From Hyalangium minutum (GTDB taxonomy: Bacteria > Myxococcota > Myxococcia > Myxococcales > Myxococcaceae): DNA of 64,000 nt. The position numbers were made by a program, and so were the translations under genes. Within the stretch, counting starts at the first letter, position 1. Each line of letters begins with the position of its first letter. The notes under the pieces were generated by a model, which was not told where the DNA came from, ran no database searches, and saw nothing but the letters and a program-made list of their open reading frames with translations. Below are positions 28,494-38,324 of this stretch, one piece after another. The DNA is taken from positions 1 to 64,000 of the forward strand of contig NZ_JMCB01000029.1 of assembly GCF_000737315.1 (NCBI RefSeq), given 5' to 3'.

Positions 28494-29752
28494 GCGGGTT
28501 GGCAGTATACGCCGCGCCACGACCATGCCCACCACGCCCGGACAGAAGAGCGGAAGGCCCCCCCGCCCCCAGCACGGCCGAGGCCGCCCCCATCCCCCAG
28601 GTCCAGCTCCTGCGCCGCGGCGTCGAGCGCTGGCAGGCTGGCCACCCGTGGATTTACCGCGCCGACCTCAACGGTGACCCTGGCCTCCCCGGCGGCGAGG
28701 TGGTGCGCGTCACCGACGGGCGCGGCTGGTTCATCGGCAAGGCCTTCTATTCGAAGCACTCGAAGATCTCCCTGCGCTGGCTCTCCTACGAGGACATCCC
28801 CGTCGACGTGGACTTCTTCCGCCAGCGCCTGGTCTCGGCCGATGCCCTGCGCCGCAAAGCCCTCCCCGGCGAGCGCACCTACCGCGTGGTGCACGGCGAG
28901 GCGGACCAGCTCCCCGGGCTCGTGGTGGACCGCTACGGGGACTACCTCAGCGTGCAGTTCCTCGTGCCCGCCATGGAGGCCCGCAAGGAGCTCATCACCG
29001 ATCTGCTCACCGAGCTGTTCTCCCCCCGCGCTATCGTCAACCGCTCGGATGTAGGGGTGCGCGCCCTGGAGGGCCTGCAGCCCGAGAAGACCGTGCTGCG
29101 CGGCGAGCTGCCCGGCCCCGTCTCCTTCGACGAGGGCCTCGTGCGCATGCGCGCCGATCTGCTCGAGGGCCAGAAGACCGGCGCCTTCCTCGACCAGCGC
29201 GAGAACCACGTCATGGCCTCGCAGTACGCCTTCGGCGAGGCGCTGGACTGCTTCTCCTATGTGGGCGGCTTCGCGCTCCAGCTCGCCACCCGCGCCCAGC
29301 GCGTCACCGCCGTGGAGATCTCCGAGGCCGCCAGCGCCCAGCTGCGCGACAACGCCGCCGCCAACCGCCTCACCAACCTGGACGTCGTCGTCGCCAACGC
29401 CTTCGACTTCCTCCGCGACTCGGTGGACGAGGGCAAGCGCTACGACACCATCGTCCTGGATCCACCCTCGTTCGCGAAGAACAAGGATGCCGTGGCAGCC
29501 GCGCTTCGCGGGTACAAAGAGATCAACCTGCGCGCCATGCAGCTGCTCCGCCCCGGCGGCTACCTCATCTCCGCCAGCTGCACGTACCACGTGGATGAGC
29601 AGGCCTTCGAGGACATGTTGGCCTCCGCTGCGGCCGATGCGCGCCGGCGCGTGCAGATCATCGAGCGCCGGGGTGCGGGCAAGGATCACCCGGTACTCCT
29701 GAATTTGCGGGAGACGCGCTACCTGAAGTGCTTCGTCCTGCGGGTGCTGTGA
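28466..29752 (+). CDS. rlmI: RlmI-like 23S rRNA m5C methyltransferase (PUA plus SAM domain); 5' end uncertain
   Basis: GHPWIY, RVVHGEADQLPGLVVDRY, GQKTGAFLDQREN, LDCFSYVGGF, LDPPSF and ETRYLK motifs. Confidence 0.8.
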   Translation: MSEGAARISRGLAVYAAPRPCPPRPDRRAEGPPAPSTAEAAPIPQVQLLRRGVERWQAGHPWIYRADLNGDPGLPGGEVVRVTDGRGWFIGKAFYSKHSKISLRWLSYEDIPVDVDFFRQRLVSADALRRKALPGERTYRVVHGEADQLPGLVVDRYGDYLSVQFLVPAMEARKELITDLLTELFSPRAIVNRSDVGVRALEGLQPEKTVLRGELPGPVSFDEGLVRMRADLLEGQKTGAFLDQRENHVMASQYAFGEALDCFSYVGGFALQLATRAQRVTAVEISEAASAQLRDNAAANRLTNLDVVVANAFDFLRDSVDEGKRYDTIVLDPPSFAKNKDAVAAALRGYKEINLRAMQLLRPGGYLISASCTYHVDEQAFEDMLASAAADARRRVQIIERRGAGKDHPVLLNLRETRYLKCFVLRVL

Positions 29753-29803
29753 GCCCGCCGCATTCGACCGCGGCCCCCCCGGTGTGAGAAAAAGGGACTG
29801 CGG

Positions 29804-30289
29804 ATGCGAGCGCGCGACTGGGACGATGAGGAGCAGGCCCCTGCCACCTCGGCGATCGCCGAGGCGCGCGCCCTCAGCGAGCTGCGTGCCATCTACCGGC
29901 AGGCGGATGCCGCCTACGCCCCCTTCTCCTGCCCCGCCAGCGGCGAGTGCTGCCAGCTCGCGAAGACTCAGCGCCAGCCGTGGCTTTGGTACCCGGAGTG
30001 GAAGCTGCTCTCCGCTCACCGTCCGCTTCCACCGAAGCGCGCGGATGGGGGCTGCCCGTACCTGGATGCCTCGGGCCTGCGGTGCACCGCCTACGCGGAT
30101 CGGCCCTTTGGCTGCCGCACCTTCTTCTGCGAGCGGATCCGGGGCCCCGCTCGCCAGCCCGTGGAGACGGTCGATGCGCTGCTGCGGCGGCTCGAGGCTG
30201 TCTCTCAACGCGTGAGGCCGGGCCTGACAGGGCCGCGGCCCCTACTGGAGTGGCACACCGAGGCCCTCTCCTCGGAGGAGCAATCATGA
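29804..30289 (+). CDS. YkgJ-family cysteine-cluster protein
   Basis: C...GECC, CPYL, CTAY.DRPFGCRTF.C motifs. Confidence 0.82.
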   Translation: MRARDWDDEEQAPATSAIAEARALSELRAIYRQADAAYAPFSCPASGECCQLAKTQRQPWLWYPEWKLLSAHRPLPPKRADGGCPYLDASGLRCTAYADRPFGCRTFFCERIRGPARQPVETVDALLRRLEAVSQRVRPGLTGPRPLLEWHTEALSSEEQS

Positions 30290-30630
30290 GCCGTCGTTCA
30301 TGGAAGACGTGGGCTGCAGGGGCGTTGCTGGCGCTGCTGGCGGGGTGCGCCAGCGGAGGCTCGAACACAGTAGCTGCGGCCATCATCAACACCACCGTGG
30401 CGGTGGCTGCCTCGGGCGTGTCGCGCTCACAGGGCGGGTGCTTCTCAGCGTGTGCCCCGGGCACCACGTGCGATCCCAACACGGGCTACTGCGTCGCCCT
30501 GCCTTGCCGCGGCCGGTGCAAGGACCATGAGCAGTGCGTGGAGGACGGGTTCAAGAGCCAATGTGTCGCCCTGTCCCTGCCCGGACAGGTGACGGTGGAG
30601 CCGACCAAGGAAGCGAAGACCGACCCGTGA
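30286..30630 (+). CDS. Small Cys-rich lipoprotein
   Basis: Lipobox LLAG-C and eight clustered Cys residues. ATGA overlap with the upstream gene. Confidence 0.7.
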   Translation: MSRRSWKTWAAGALLALLAGCASGGSNTVAAAIINTTVAVAASGVSRSQGGCFSACAPGTTCDPNTGYCVALPCRGRCKDHEQCVEDGFKSQCVALSLPGQVTVEPTKEAKTDP

Positions 30631-31811
30631 CGCTTCGCTGGCTCGTTGCCCCTCAGGAGTTCAAGGGGACTCTCACCGCCTCCGAGGTGGCCGAGGCTCT
30701 CCAGGCCGGGCTCCAGGAAGCCGCTCCCGAAGTCCTCCTCGATGTCGCGCCGCTCGCGGATGGCGGGCCCGGTACCGTGGACGCGCTGCTCGCGGGAGGC
30801 GCTGGAGAGCAACGGGTCCTCACCGTGCAGGGCCCGCTTGGCGCTCCGGTCCAGGCAGCCTGGGCGCTGCTGGAGTCCGGACGGACGGCGATCATCGAGA
30901 TGGCCGCGGCCTCGGGGCTGTCGCTGCTGCGCCCCGAGGAGCGGGATGCCCGGCGCGCGTCCACGTATGGCACGGGGGAGCTGATCCGCGCGGCGCTGGA
31001 TGCGGGCTGCTCGCGGATCATCGTCGGCATGGGTGGCAGCGCGACGAACGACGGCGGGGCCGGGGCGCTCACGGCGCTGGGCTACTGCTTTCTCGATGCG
31101 CAGGGCCAGCTGCTGCCTCCGGGTGGCGCCGCGCTCCGGCAGATGGCGCGCGTGGACATCACCCAGCGGCACCCCCGGCTCACGGAGGTGGAGCTGCTGG
31201 CGGCCACGGACGTGACGGCCCCGCTGCTGGGCCCCAATGGCGCCTCGCAGCTGTTCGGGCCGCAGAAGGGCGCGGATCCTCAGACGGTGGAGCAGCTGGA
31301 GGAGGCACTGGCCTGGTTCGCGCAGGGGCTCGCGCCCGAGTTCATCCGGGTGCCGGGCGCGGGAGCGGCCGGAGGGCTCGGGTACGGGCTGGCGGTGCTG
31401 GCGGGGGCGAACATCGCCTCCGGGTACCGGCTGGTCGCCCATGGGCTCCGGCTGGAGCGGCGAGTGGCGGTGGCGGACGTGGTGCTCACCGGCGAGGGGC
31501 GCTTCGATCGGCAGACCACCCTGGGCAAGGGGCCGGCCGCCCTGGCGCGCACGGCCAAGGAGCTGGGCAAGCCGGTGGTGCTCTTCGTGGGCTCGACCGT
31601 CCACGAGGAGGGGCTGGACACCACGCTGTTCCAAGAGATCATCGAGCTGGGCAGTCCGCCGTTCGACAAGGAGGCCGCGGTGCGGGCGCTCCGGGAGGCC
31701 GCCGCGCGCTGGGCCTCCACCGCCCGGCACATGAAGCCGCACGACGAACGGGATCGCGGCCACGACCGGGAAGCCGGGGACGAGCACCTGGGCTCTGGCG
31801 GTTCGATGTAG
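30627..31811 (+). CDS. glxK: Glycerate kinase (GlxK/GarK family)
   Basis: APQEFKGTL, ADGGPGT, IEMAAASGL, STYGTGELI, GGSATNDGG, GAGAAGGLG and TGEGRFD motifs. Confidence 0.88.
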   Translation: MTLRWLVAPQEFKGTLTASEVAEALQAGLQEAAPEVLLDVAPLADGGPGTVDALLAGGAGEQRVLTVQGPLGAPVQAAWALLESGRTAIIEMAAASGLSLLRPEERDARRASTYGTGELIRAALDAGCSRIIVGMGGSATNDGGAGALTALGYCFLDAQGQLLPPGGAALRQMARVDITQRHPRLTEVELLAATDVTAPLLGPNGASQLFGPQKGADPQTVEQLEEALAWFAQGLAPEFIRVPGAGAAGGLGYGLAVLAGANIASGYRLVAHGLRLERRVAVADVVLTGEGRFDRQTTLGKGPAALARTAKELGKPVVLFVGSTVHEEGLDTTLFQEIIELGSPPFDKEAAVRALREAAARWASTARHMKPHDERDRGHDREAGDEHLGSGGSM

Positions 31812-31826
31812 CGAGAGGACCAGGCC

Positions 31827-33413
31827 TCAGGGGCTGGCACCACCGTTCGCGGCGTCGCGCAGCTGGGCCAGCCGCTCCCGCAAGAGAGGCTCGCTGGGGT
31901 ACCAGCGCAGCAGGGACTGGTAGGCACGGACCGCCTCCTCGGGCCGTCCCAGGCGCTCCAGCGCAAGCCCGAGGTTGAAGCCCGCCTCCAGGTAGTCCGG
32001 CTTGCGCTCCACGGCGAGCCGCCACGCCTCCACGGCCCCTGCATCGTCCCCGAGCCGGGCTCGGCGTCCACCCACCGCGTACTGAAGCTCAGCCTCGAAG
32101 TTCACGGAGTCCACCGCGAGCCGCACGGGCCACAGAGAGAGCCCGAGCACCGCCAGCGCCACCCCCACGGGCACAGCGCGCGCAGCCCCGCGCGACTCCC
32201 ACAGCACGAGGAGCCCCAGCGCCGCGAGCACGCACAGCATCGGCGCCAGTGGCGCGCGGTAGCGGCCGGAGACGAAGAAGACAATGGACGGAGCCGCCAG
32301 CATGAGCGCGGTCCCCGCCACGGTGAGCGCTCTGCGGGCCTGCTCGGCGCCCTCCTTCCGCTTGCGCCAGAGCGCCACGCCGCCCACCGCCGCGAGCGGC
32401 CACAGCAGCGCATACGGCAGCGCCACGCCCCCAGGCCTCGCGGTCAGCGCCCAGAGCACCGGGGACTGGGAGCGCACGACATAGAGGTCCTCATTGCGAG
32501 GCAGCTCGCGGGCCACGAGCAGCAGCCGGGCCTTCCATATAAGGTTGCTCACGCAGCGGAGAGGCTGTTCGCGGCAGAAGACGAACACCTTCCGCGTGAA
32601 GTAGCGATCCTGGGCGCCGGGCGTATGGAAGCCCTGGCGCGAGGGCTCATCCACCAGCGCCTCCCAGGCCGCACCCGGACGGATGGCCATGCTCCGGTCC
32701 ACGTCCGCGTTGTTGCCCAGCCAGAGGTTGATGCCTCCATTGGCGGAGATGAGCAGCCACTCTCCCGTGCGGGAGTGGTTGAAGGCCGTGGCCCAGAGCA
32801 CCGGGGCGGCACAGGCCACGACACAGAGCGCGGCTCGGATCGGCCGGCTCCGCGCCACCGCCCAGCCCAGCGGAAGCAGGAGCAGCAGCAGCGGCGCCAC
32901 CGCGAGCGCCCCAAGGCCAATGCACGCCCCACACGCCAGCGCCATCCACCCGGAGGGAGGCTCGCGCACGGCGAGCCAGAGCGCCGCGGCGCCCAGGAAC
33001 GTGCCGAGCGAGGTGGACAGCAGCTCCCCGTCATAGAAGACGAGCGGCCCATGCAGCGCCACCAGCAGCCCCGCGATCAGCTCCACCGCCGGGCGGCCCG
33101 AGAGGCGCCATGCCACCCTCGCGGCGAGCACGGCGGTGAGAGAGCCCAGCACCGCCTGCAGCAGCCTCGGCCACCACAAGCTGTGCCCACCGAGCCAGTA
33201 CAGGGCGCCCAGCAGCATCGGGTACAGCGGCGGCTGCCAGAAGGGCCCCTCGGGAAAGCCCTGCCCGCGCGCCAGCTGCTCGCCCAGGAAGTCGTAGTAG
33301 TCCGCGTCGATCAGCGGCGCTTCGAAGGCCGGGCCGTGCGCGGTGAGCAGGTACGCCCCGCGCACGCAGAGCGCCACAGCCAGCACGATCCCCCAGCGAG
33401 GAACCTGGCTCAC
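31827..33413 (-). CDS. GT39/ArnT-like polytopic glycosyltransferase with a C-terminal TPR
   Basis: D..YY, PFWQPPLYP, NGGINLWLGNN and RYRAPL motifs, multiple TM helices and a TPR at the end. Confidence 0.78.
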   Translation of the reverse strand: MSQVPRWGIVLAVALCVRGAYLLTAHGPAFEAPLIDADYYDFLGEQLARGQGFPEGPFWQPPLYPMLLGALYWLGGHSLWWPRLLQAVLGSLTAVLAARVAWRLSGRPAVELIAGLLVALHGPLVFYDGELLSTSLGTFLGAAALWLAVREPPSGWMALACGACIGLGALAVAPLLLLLLPLGWAVARSRPIRAALCVVACAAPVLWATAFNHSRTGEWLLISANGGINLWLGNNADVDRSMAIRPGAAWEALVDEPSRQGFHTPGAQDRYFTRKVFVFCREQPLRCVSNLIWKARLLLVARELPRNEDLYVVRSQSPVLWALTARPGGVALPYALLWPLAAVGGVALWRKRKEGAEQARRALTVAGTALMLAAPSIVFFVSGRYRAPLAPMLCVLAALGLLVLWESRGAARAVPVGVALAVLGLSLWPVRLAVDSVNFEAELQYAVGGRRARLGDDAGAVEAWRLAVERKPDYLEAGFNLGLALERLGRPEEAVRAYQSLLRWYPSEPLLRERLAQLRDAANGGASP

Positions 33414-34381
33414 ACGTCGAGGGGATCCGTGGTCCGCGCCACGCGCATGCCCGCCTGCTGGAACTCGCGGACCGCCTCATCCGCCACGCGCGGGAAGTCG
33501 AGCGCGGCCGGCAGCGGATCCAGCGGCGGCGCGGGCACCGGGCTCATGGCGTCCTCGAGGATGACGACGCGGCCCATCTTCGAGCGATCCGTGCGCTCGA
33601 TGTGCTGGCGCAGGTCCCTCAGCGTGGACAGCACGCAGTGGGACTTGGCCTGCCCGAACACGTACACACGATCAAAGGACATGAGGTGGTCGAAGAGGCG
33701 GGTGTTGAACTCACCGACCTTCTGGCCTCGCACCTCGGTCACCTCGGGCGAGAGCACGGAGTAGTTCTCCGTGAGCGGGTGCTCGCCCTTGAGCTCGAAC
33801 CAGGTGGGCGTGTCGCGCACGAGCGCGTGGAACAAGCTGGCCTCGTACATGGCGGGCACCAACGAGTGGCTCAGGCCTCCGAGCAGCGCGTGGAACGGCC
33901 ACACGGTGAGCACGTACTTGCCGCTGGTCTCGAGCCGCTCGCAGTAGGCGAGGCTCTCCTCCGGGTGGCGCGTGGGGCGCCAGCGGCCCTGGCGGATGTC
34001 ATCGGCGGTGATGACCGTGAGCGGCGGAGGCGGCTGCCCGCCCGCGTCCTGCCACCACGAGGGGTGGAAGATCTGGAACACCCGGTGGGTATCCAGCGAG
34101 AACACGAGCTCGGTGACGCGCCCCAGGTTCGCGTAGAGCCAGCGAAGGGTGCGCTGGGTGTCCTCCACGGCTCCGGGGACGAAGAGGCTGGCGCCGGGGG
34201 TGCAGAAAGCCACCTGTACGTCGATGCCGAAGGCGGCGATGCGGACCTTGTCCTCGCGGGCGGGGCGGATGCGGTTCGCTTCGGCATAGAGCCGGGCCTC
34301 CTTGGCCACGTCAGCGGCACGTTCGAGGTAGAGCTGCCCCGCGCGAGCGTCCTCATGAAAGCGGGGAATGGGCAGGGACAT
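33410..34381 (-). CDS. Nicotinamidase/isochorismatase-like cysteine hydrolase
   Basis: IDVQVAFC, SLDTH..FQIFHPSWW, WPFH.LLG and GQAKSHCV.ST motifs. Confidence 0.75.
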   Translation of the reverse strand: MSLPIPRFHEDARAGQLYLERAADVAKEARLYAEANRIRPAREDKVRIAAFGIDVQVAFCTPGASLFVPGAVEDTQRTLRWLYANLGRVTELVFSLDTHRVFQIFHPSWWQDAGGQPPPPLTVITADDIRQGRWRPTRHPEESLAYCERLETSGKYVLTVWPFHALLGGLSHSLVPAMYEASLFHALVRDTPTWFELKGEHPLTENYSVLSPEVTEVRGQKVGEFNTRLFDHLMSFDRVYVFGQAKSHCVLSTLRDLRQHIERTDRSKMGRVVILEDAMSPVPAPPLDPLPAALDFPRVADEAVREFQQAGMRVARTTDPLDV

Positions 34382-34444
34382 GGCGTTCTCCGAAGGTGGC
34401 TTCCCAAGCGGGCGTTCACTCCATCATACCGGGCCAGGTGGCCA

Positions 34445-37138
34445 CTACCCGGGGGAAGCCTGCAGAAAGGCCTGAAGCGCCGCCAGCACCTGCCCCAGCT
34501 CCTGCTCCACCGCGGGAGTCCCTGACTTGACGGCGGGCGCGTCTCCCTCCCTCGAGGCCGCCTCCAGCGTCCGGGAGTGGTCCCTCAGGGCCTCGGCGCC
34601 AACGCTGGCCGCCAAGCTCTTCAAGGTGTGGATCGCCCGGGTGGCCGTCTCACGGTCCCCCGCCGCCACCGCTGCCTGGAAGCGCTTCCAGCAGACCTGC
34701 GCATCCACCAGGAACAGCCCCACCACCCGCCGGTACAGGGCCATGTCCCCGTCCAGGTTGGCCAGCGCGTCGTCCAGGTTCACATGCCGCGGATCCGGGC
34801 GGTTCATCGTGCGAGACTCCTCGGCAGGGGATGGCTCCCGCGGCGCCTCGCCTCGCGAGGGCTGCGCGAGCCACCTCGCCAGCGTCTGGTAGAGCCGGCT
34901 GGCATCGATCGGCTTGCTCAGGTGATCGTTCATGCCCGCGTCCAAGCTGCGCTGGCGATCGCCCGCCAGCGCATTGGCCGTCATGGCGATGATGGGCAAC
35001 TGGGAGCCCTGGGGCATCGCGCGGATGCTCCGCGTGGCCTCGTATCCATCCATCTCCGGCATCTGGCAGTCCATCAACACCGCGTCGTAACGGCCCTGAG
35101 CCACACGCTCCAGGGCCTCAGCGCCATTTTCCGCCACCACCACCTCCAGCCCCGCCTTCCTCAGGAAGTGCAGCGCCACCTCCTGGTTCAGCGGGTTGTC
35201 CTCCACCAGCAGGATCCTCGCCCCCCGCGGGAGCGAGGGCTCCGGCTCTCCTCTGGGGACTTCGTTGCCGGAGACCCGGGCCAGGGGCAGCTCGAACCAG
35301 AAGCAGCTGCCCCTCCCAGACGCGCTCTCCGCGCCGATGCGGCCCCCCATCATCTCCACCAGCCGCTTGCTGATGGCCAACCCCAGCCCCGTGCCTCCGT
35401 AGCGGCGCGTCACCGAGCTGTCCGTCTGAAAGAAGGACTGGAAGAGGCGCGGCAGGTGCTCGGCCGCGATGCCGATGCCCGTGTCCTTCACGGTGAACCG
35501 GCAGACCACCCGGTCTCCCTCGGTAGACACCGGCTGCCCTCGCACCACCACCTGGCCGTAGTCGGTGAACTTCAGCGCGTTGCTGATCAAGTTCTGCAGC
35601 ACCTGCCGCAGCCGCAGCGGGTCTCCCGACAGGGCATTCGGGAGCTCAGGAGACATCTCGAAGCGCAGCTCCAGCCCCTTGTCTCGCGCCGAGCTGGCAA
35701 ACACGTCCGCCAGCTCGGCGGCGAGCTCACTCAAGGACAGCGGCACGCTCTCCAGCTCCAGCTTGCCTGCCTCGATCTTCGAGAAGTCCAGGATGTCGTT
35801 GATGATCCCCAGCAGCGACTGCGCCGAGCGCCGCGCCTTCAGGATGAAGTCCCGCCGCTCCTGGGGAGACTCCGCCTCCAGCGCCAGCTGCGTCATCCCC
35901 AGGATGGCGTTCATCGGCGTGCGGATCTCGTGGCTCATGTTCGCCAGGAACTCGCCCTTGGACCGGTTGGCGCTCTCGGCCGCCTCCTTCGCCTGCCTCA
36001 GCTCCTCCTCCGAGCGCCGCCGCGCGTTCAGGTTGTCCAGGAACGCGTTGAACCAGCTCACCATCTCCGAGATCTCATCCTCCGTGGGCGCCGGTGACAG
36101 CGGCCGGACCCGGTCCAGACGGTCCTCCTGAATGTCCTGGAAGCCCCCGGAGATGGCGCGGATGGGCTCCACCACCCGCCGCGAGTAGCGCACCGCCACC
36201 GCGCCAATCGCGGCGAAGCACGCCACCAGGACGGCCCACCACGCGTTGCCAATCTTCGCCATGGGCGCTGTCAGCGTGGCGTGCGGCACGATGCTGATCA
36301 CCTGCCAGTTCAGCTCCTCCACACGCAGGTGGTTGAGCAGCACCTCCTGCCCTCCCAGCTCCAGGGCCACGGTGCCGCTCGCCCCCGCCAGCAGCCTCTG
36401 GAACTCGAGCAGCAGGGGTTCACCGATCAGGCTCTTGTCCGGGTGGAACAGCAGGCGCCCCTCGTTGTCGGCGACCATCAGGTAGCTGCCGACCCCCAGG
36501 TCCAGCCCCAGGAAGTGCTCGTACAGGTGCGAGATGGACGAGTTGATGACGACGATGCCCACCGGCTCGGGCTCCAGGTGCGCCGGATCCACCCGCCGGA
36601 TCAACCGCGTGGCCACCAGCACCTTGCGGTGGGCCGAGGCCGCGTTCACGTTGTCCTTCACCCCGTGCCAGACGATGGACTGCTTCGAGGCCAGCGTCGC
36701 CGCGTACAGCCGCTTGCTCAGCTCCGTGAGCACCGTGGAGGTGTCCAGCGTATCTCCCACGTGGAAGTGCTGGCCCTGCGGGGTGAACAGATCGATGGAC
36801 ACCAGCCCCTTGAGGCTGCTGTAGCCGCTCAGGATGTAGCCCACCTTCGCTTGCGTCACCAATGCCGAATAGCTGTCGTTCACCTCGGCCGAGGCCAGCG
36901 CGTTGCCGATGTCCTCCACGCCCGCGATGTTGGTGGCCAGACTCGCCAGCTGCTCCGACTGCAGCAGCAGGTAGTCGCGCTGGTCCGCCAGCAGCCGCGC
37001 GTTGGACTCGCTGGCCAGCTGGAGCATGGCCCGCTGCGCCAGCTCGTAGGACGTCACGCCGAAGATGAGCAACGGCGCCACGCTCACGGCCAGCAGGTAG
37101 CCGATCAGCTTGAAGGTGATGGAGGAGCGGAGCGCCAC
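34445..37138 (-). CDS. Hybrid sensor histidine kinase (periplasmic Cache-like, HAMP, HisKA, HATPase, REC, HPt)
   Basis: Two TM helices, [33 protein letters not shown]...DCQMPEMDG and HTLKS motifs. Confidence 0.92.
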   Translation of the reverse strand: MALRSSITFKLIGYLLAVSVAPLLIFGVTSYELAQRAMLQLASESNARLLADQRDYLLLQSEQLASLATNIAGVEDIGNALASAEVNDSYSALVTQAKVGYILSGYSSLKGLVSIDLFTPQGQHFHVGDTLDTSTVLTELSKRLYAATLASKQSIVWHGVKDNVNAASAHRKVLVATRLIRRVDPAHLEPEPVGIVVINSSISHLYEHFLGLDLGVGSYLMVADNEGRLLFHPDKSLIGEPLLLEFQRLLAGASGTVALELGGQEVLLNHLRVEELNWQVISIVPHATLTAPMAKIGNAWWAVLVACFAAIGAVAVRYSRRVVEPIRAISGGFQDIQEDRLDRVRPLSPAPTEDEISEMVSWFNAFLDNLNARRRSEEELRQAKEAAESANRSKGEFLANMSHEIRTPMNAILGMTQLALEAESPQERRDFILKARRSAQSLLGIINDILDFSKIEAGKLELESVPLSLSELAAELADVFASSARDKGLELRFEMSPELPNALSGDPLRLRQVLQNLISNALKFTDYGQVVVRGQPVSTEGDRVVCRFTVKDTGIGIAAEHLPRLFQSFFQTDSSVTRRYGGTGLGLAISKRLVEMMGGRIGAESASGRGSCFWFELPLARVSGNEVPRGEPEPSLPRGARILLVEDNPLNQEVALHFLRKAGLEVVVAENGAEALERVAQGRYDAVLMDCQMPEMDGYEATRSIRAMPQGSQLPIIAMTANALAGDRQRSLDAGMNDHLSKPIDASRLYQTLARWLAQPSRGEAPREPSPAEESRTMNRPDPRHVNLDDALANLDGDMALYRRVVGLFLVDAQVCWKRFQAAVAAGDRETATRAIHTLKSLAASVGAEALRDHSRTLEAASREGDAPAVKSGTPAVEQELGQVLAALQAFLQASPG

Positions 37139-37155
37139 AGGGAGCCGGGACAGGG

Positions 37156-38151
37156 CTACTTCACCGCCTCCACCGTCACGAGCCGCGTATCGATGAGCGT
37201 CACTTCGGGCAGCGACTCGCCCTCGAGTGCCCGGTGGGCCAGGAGGATGCCCCGATAGCCCTGCTCGGCGGCCTGCTGGTCCACCGTCACCGCCAGCGTC
37301 CCCGCCTTCACCGCCGCGCGCGCCTCGTCGAGCGCGTCATACGCCGCCACCTTCACGCCCTGCTTGCCGGCCTCCTTCAGGTACTTGAGCGCCCCCAGCG
37401 CCATCATGTCGTTGGCGCAGAACACCAGCGTGATGTCCGGGTGGGCCATGAACAGCTTCCGGGACACCTCATAGCCCTCGTCGATCTTCCAGTTCGCCGT
37501 CTCCATCGCGACGATGCGAATCAGCGGGTTCTCCTTGAACGCCCGCTCCGCGCCCTCCTTGCGCTGGCGTGCGTTGTCCGCGCTGCGAATGCCCTCGAGG
37601 ATGACCGCCTGCGTGGGCTTGCTCACCTGCCGCGCGATGAACCGCGCCGACTCGTACGCCGCCTTCGCGTTGTCCACGCTGACGAAGGGGACCCTGATCA
37701 GCCCGTGCTTCTTCAGCGCCTCGGGATCCAGCCGGTTGTCGATGTTGATGATGGGAATCCCCGCGTCCTGCGCGGCCTTCAGCACTGGCACCAGCCGCTG
37801 CGAGTCTCCTGGCGCGATGACGATGGCCTCCACCTTCATCCGGATCAGCTCCTCGACGATCTGGATCTGCTGCTCGATGGAGGTCTCCTGCGAGGCCGTC
37901 TTCACCAGCAGCTCGAGGCCCAGCTCCTTCTCCGCCCTGCGGGCGCCGCGCTCCATCTCGACGAAGAACGGGTTGGTGAGCGTCTTCATCACCAGCGCCA
38001 CCTTCCGGACCGTGGGCGCGGGCGTGGGCGTGGCTTCAACGGCCTTCGAGGGGGCGGCGACCCCCTGCACCGCCAGCTTGCCTGAGTCGCTGCACGCCGC
38101 CAGCCCCAGTCCCAGGGCCAGGAGCCACCACACAAGTCGCGGGAAACGCAA
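37156..38151 (-). CDS. RbsB-like periplasmic sugar-binding lipoprotein
   Basis: GAGGAG RBS before TTG 38151, lipobox LGLAA-C, LTNPFF..M..GA, NIDNR and FCANDMMALGA motifs. Confidence 0.85.
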   Translation of the reverse strand: MRFPRLVWWLLALGLGLAACSDSGKLAVQGVAAPSKAVEATPTPAPTVRKVALVMKTLTNPFFVEMERGARRAEKELGLELLVKTASQETSIEQQIQIVEELIRMKVEAIVIAPGDSQRLVPVLKAAQDAGIPIINIDNRLDPEALKKHGLIRVPFVSVDNAKAAYESARFIARQVSKPTQAVILEGIRSADNARQRKEGAERAFKENPLIRIVAMETANWKIDEGYEVSRKLFMAHPDITLVFCANDMMALGALKYLKEAGKQGVKVAAYDALDEARAAVKAGTLAVTVDQQAAEQGYRGILLAHRALEGESLPEVTLIDTRLVTVEAVK

Positions 38152-38324
38152 GGCGGTCTCTCCTCGAAGACGCGGGCACAGGGGCGCTGACCCGCGAGTG
38201 ACGATTCTACGCAACCTTTCCAGAGAACCGGTAAGGCATACCCTCACGGGTAGGTTTCACTTCTCGTCTTGATACGGCCTAGAGGGAAGAAGCGCCTTCC
38301 TTGGGACTGCTATAATCCAGGGAA

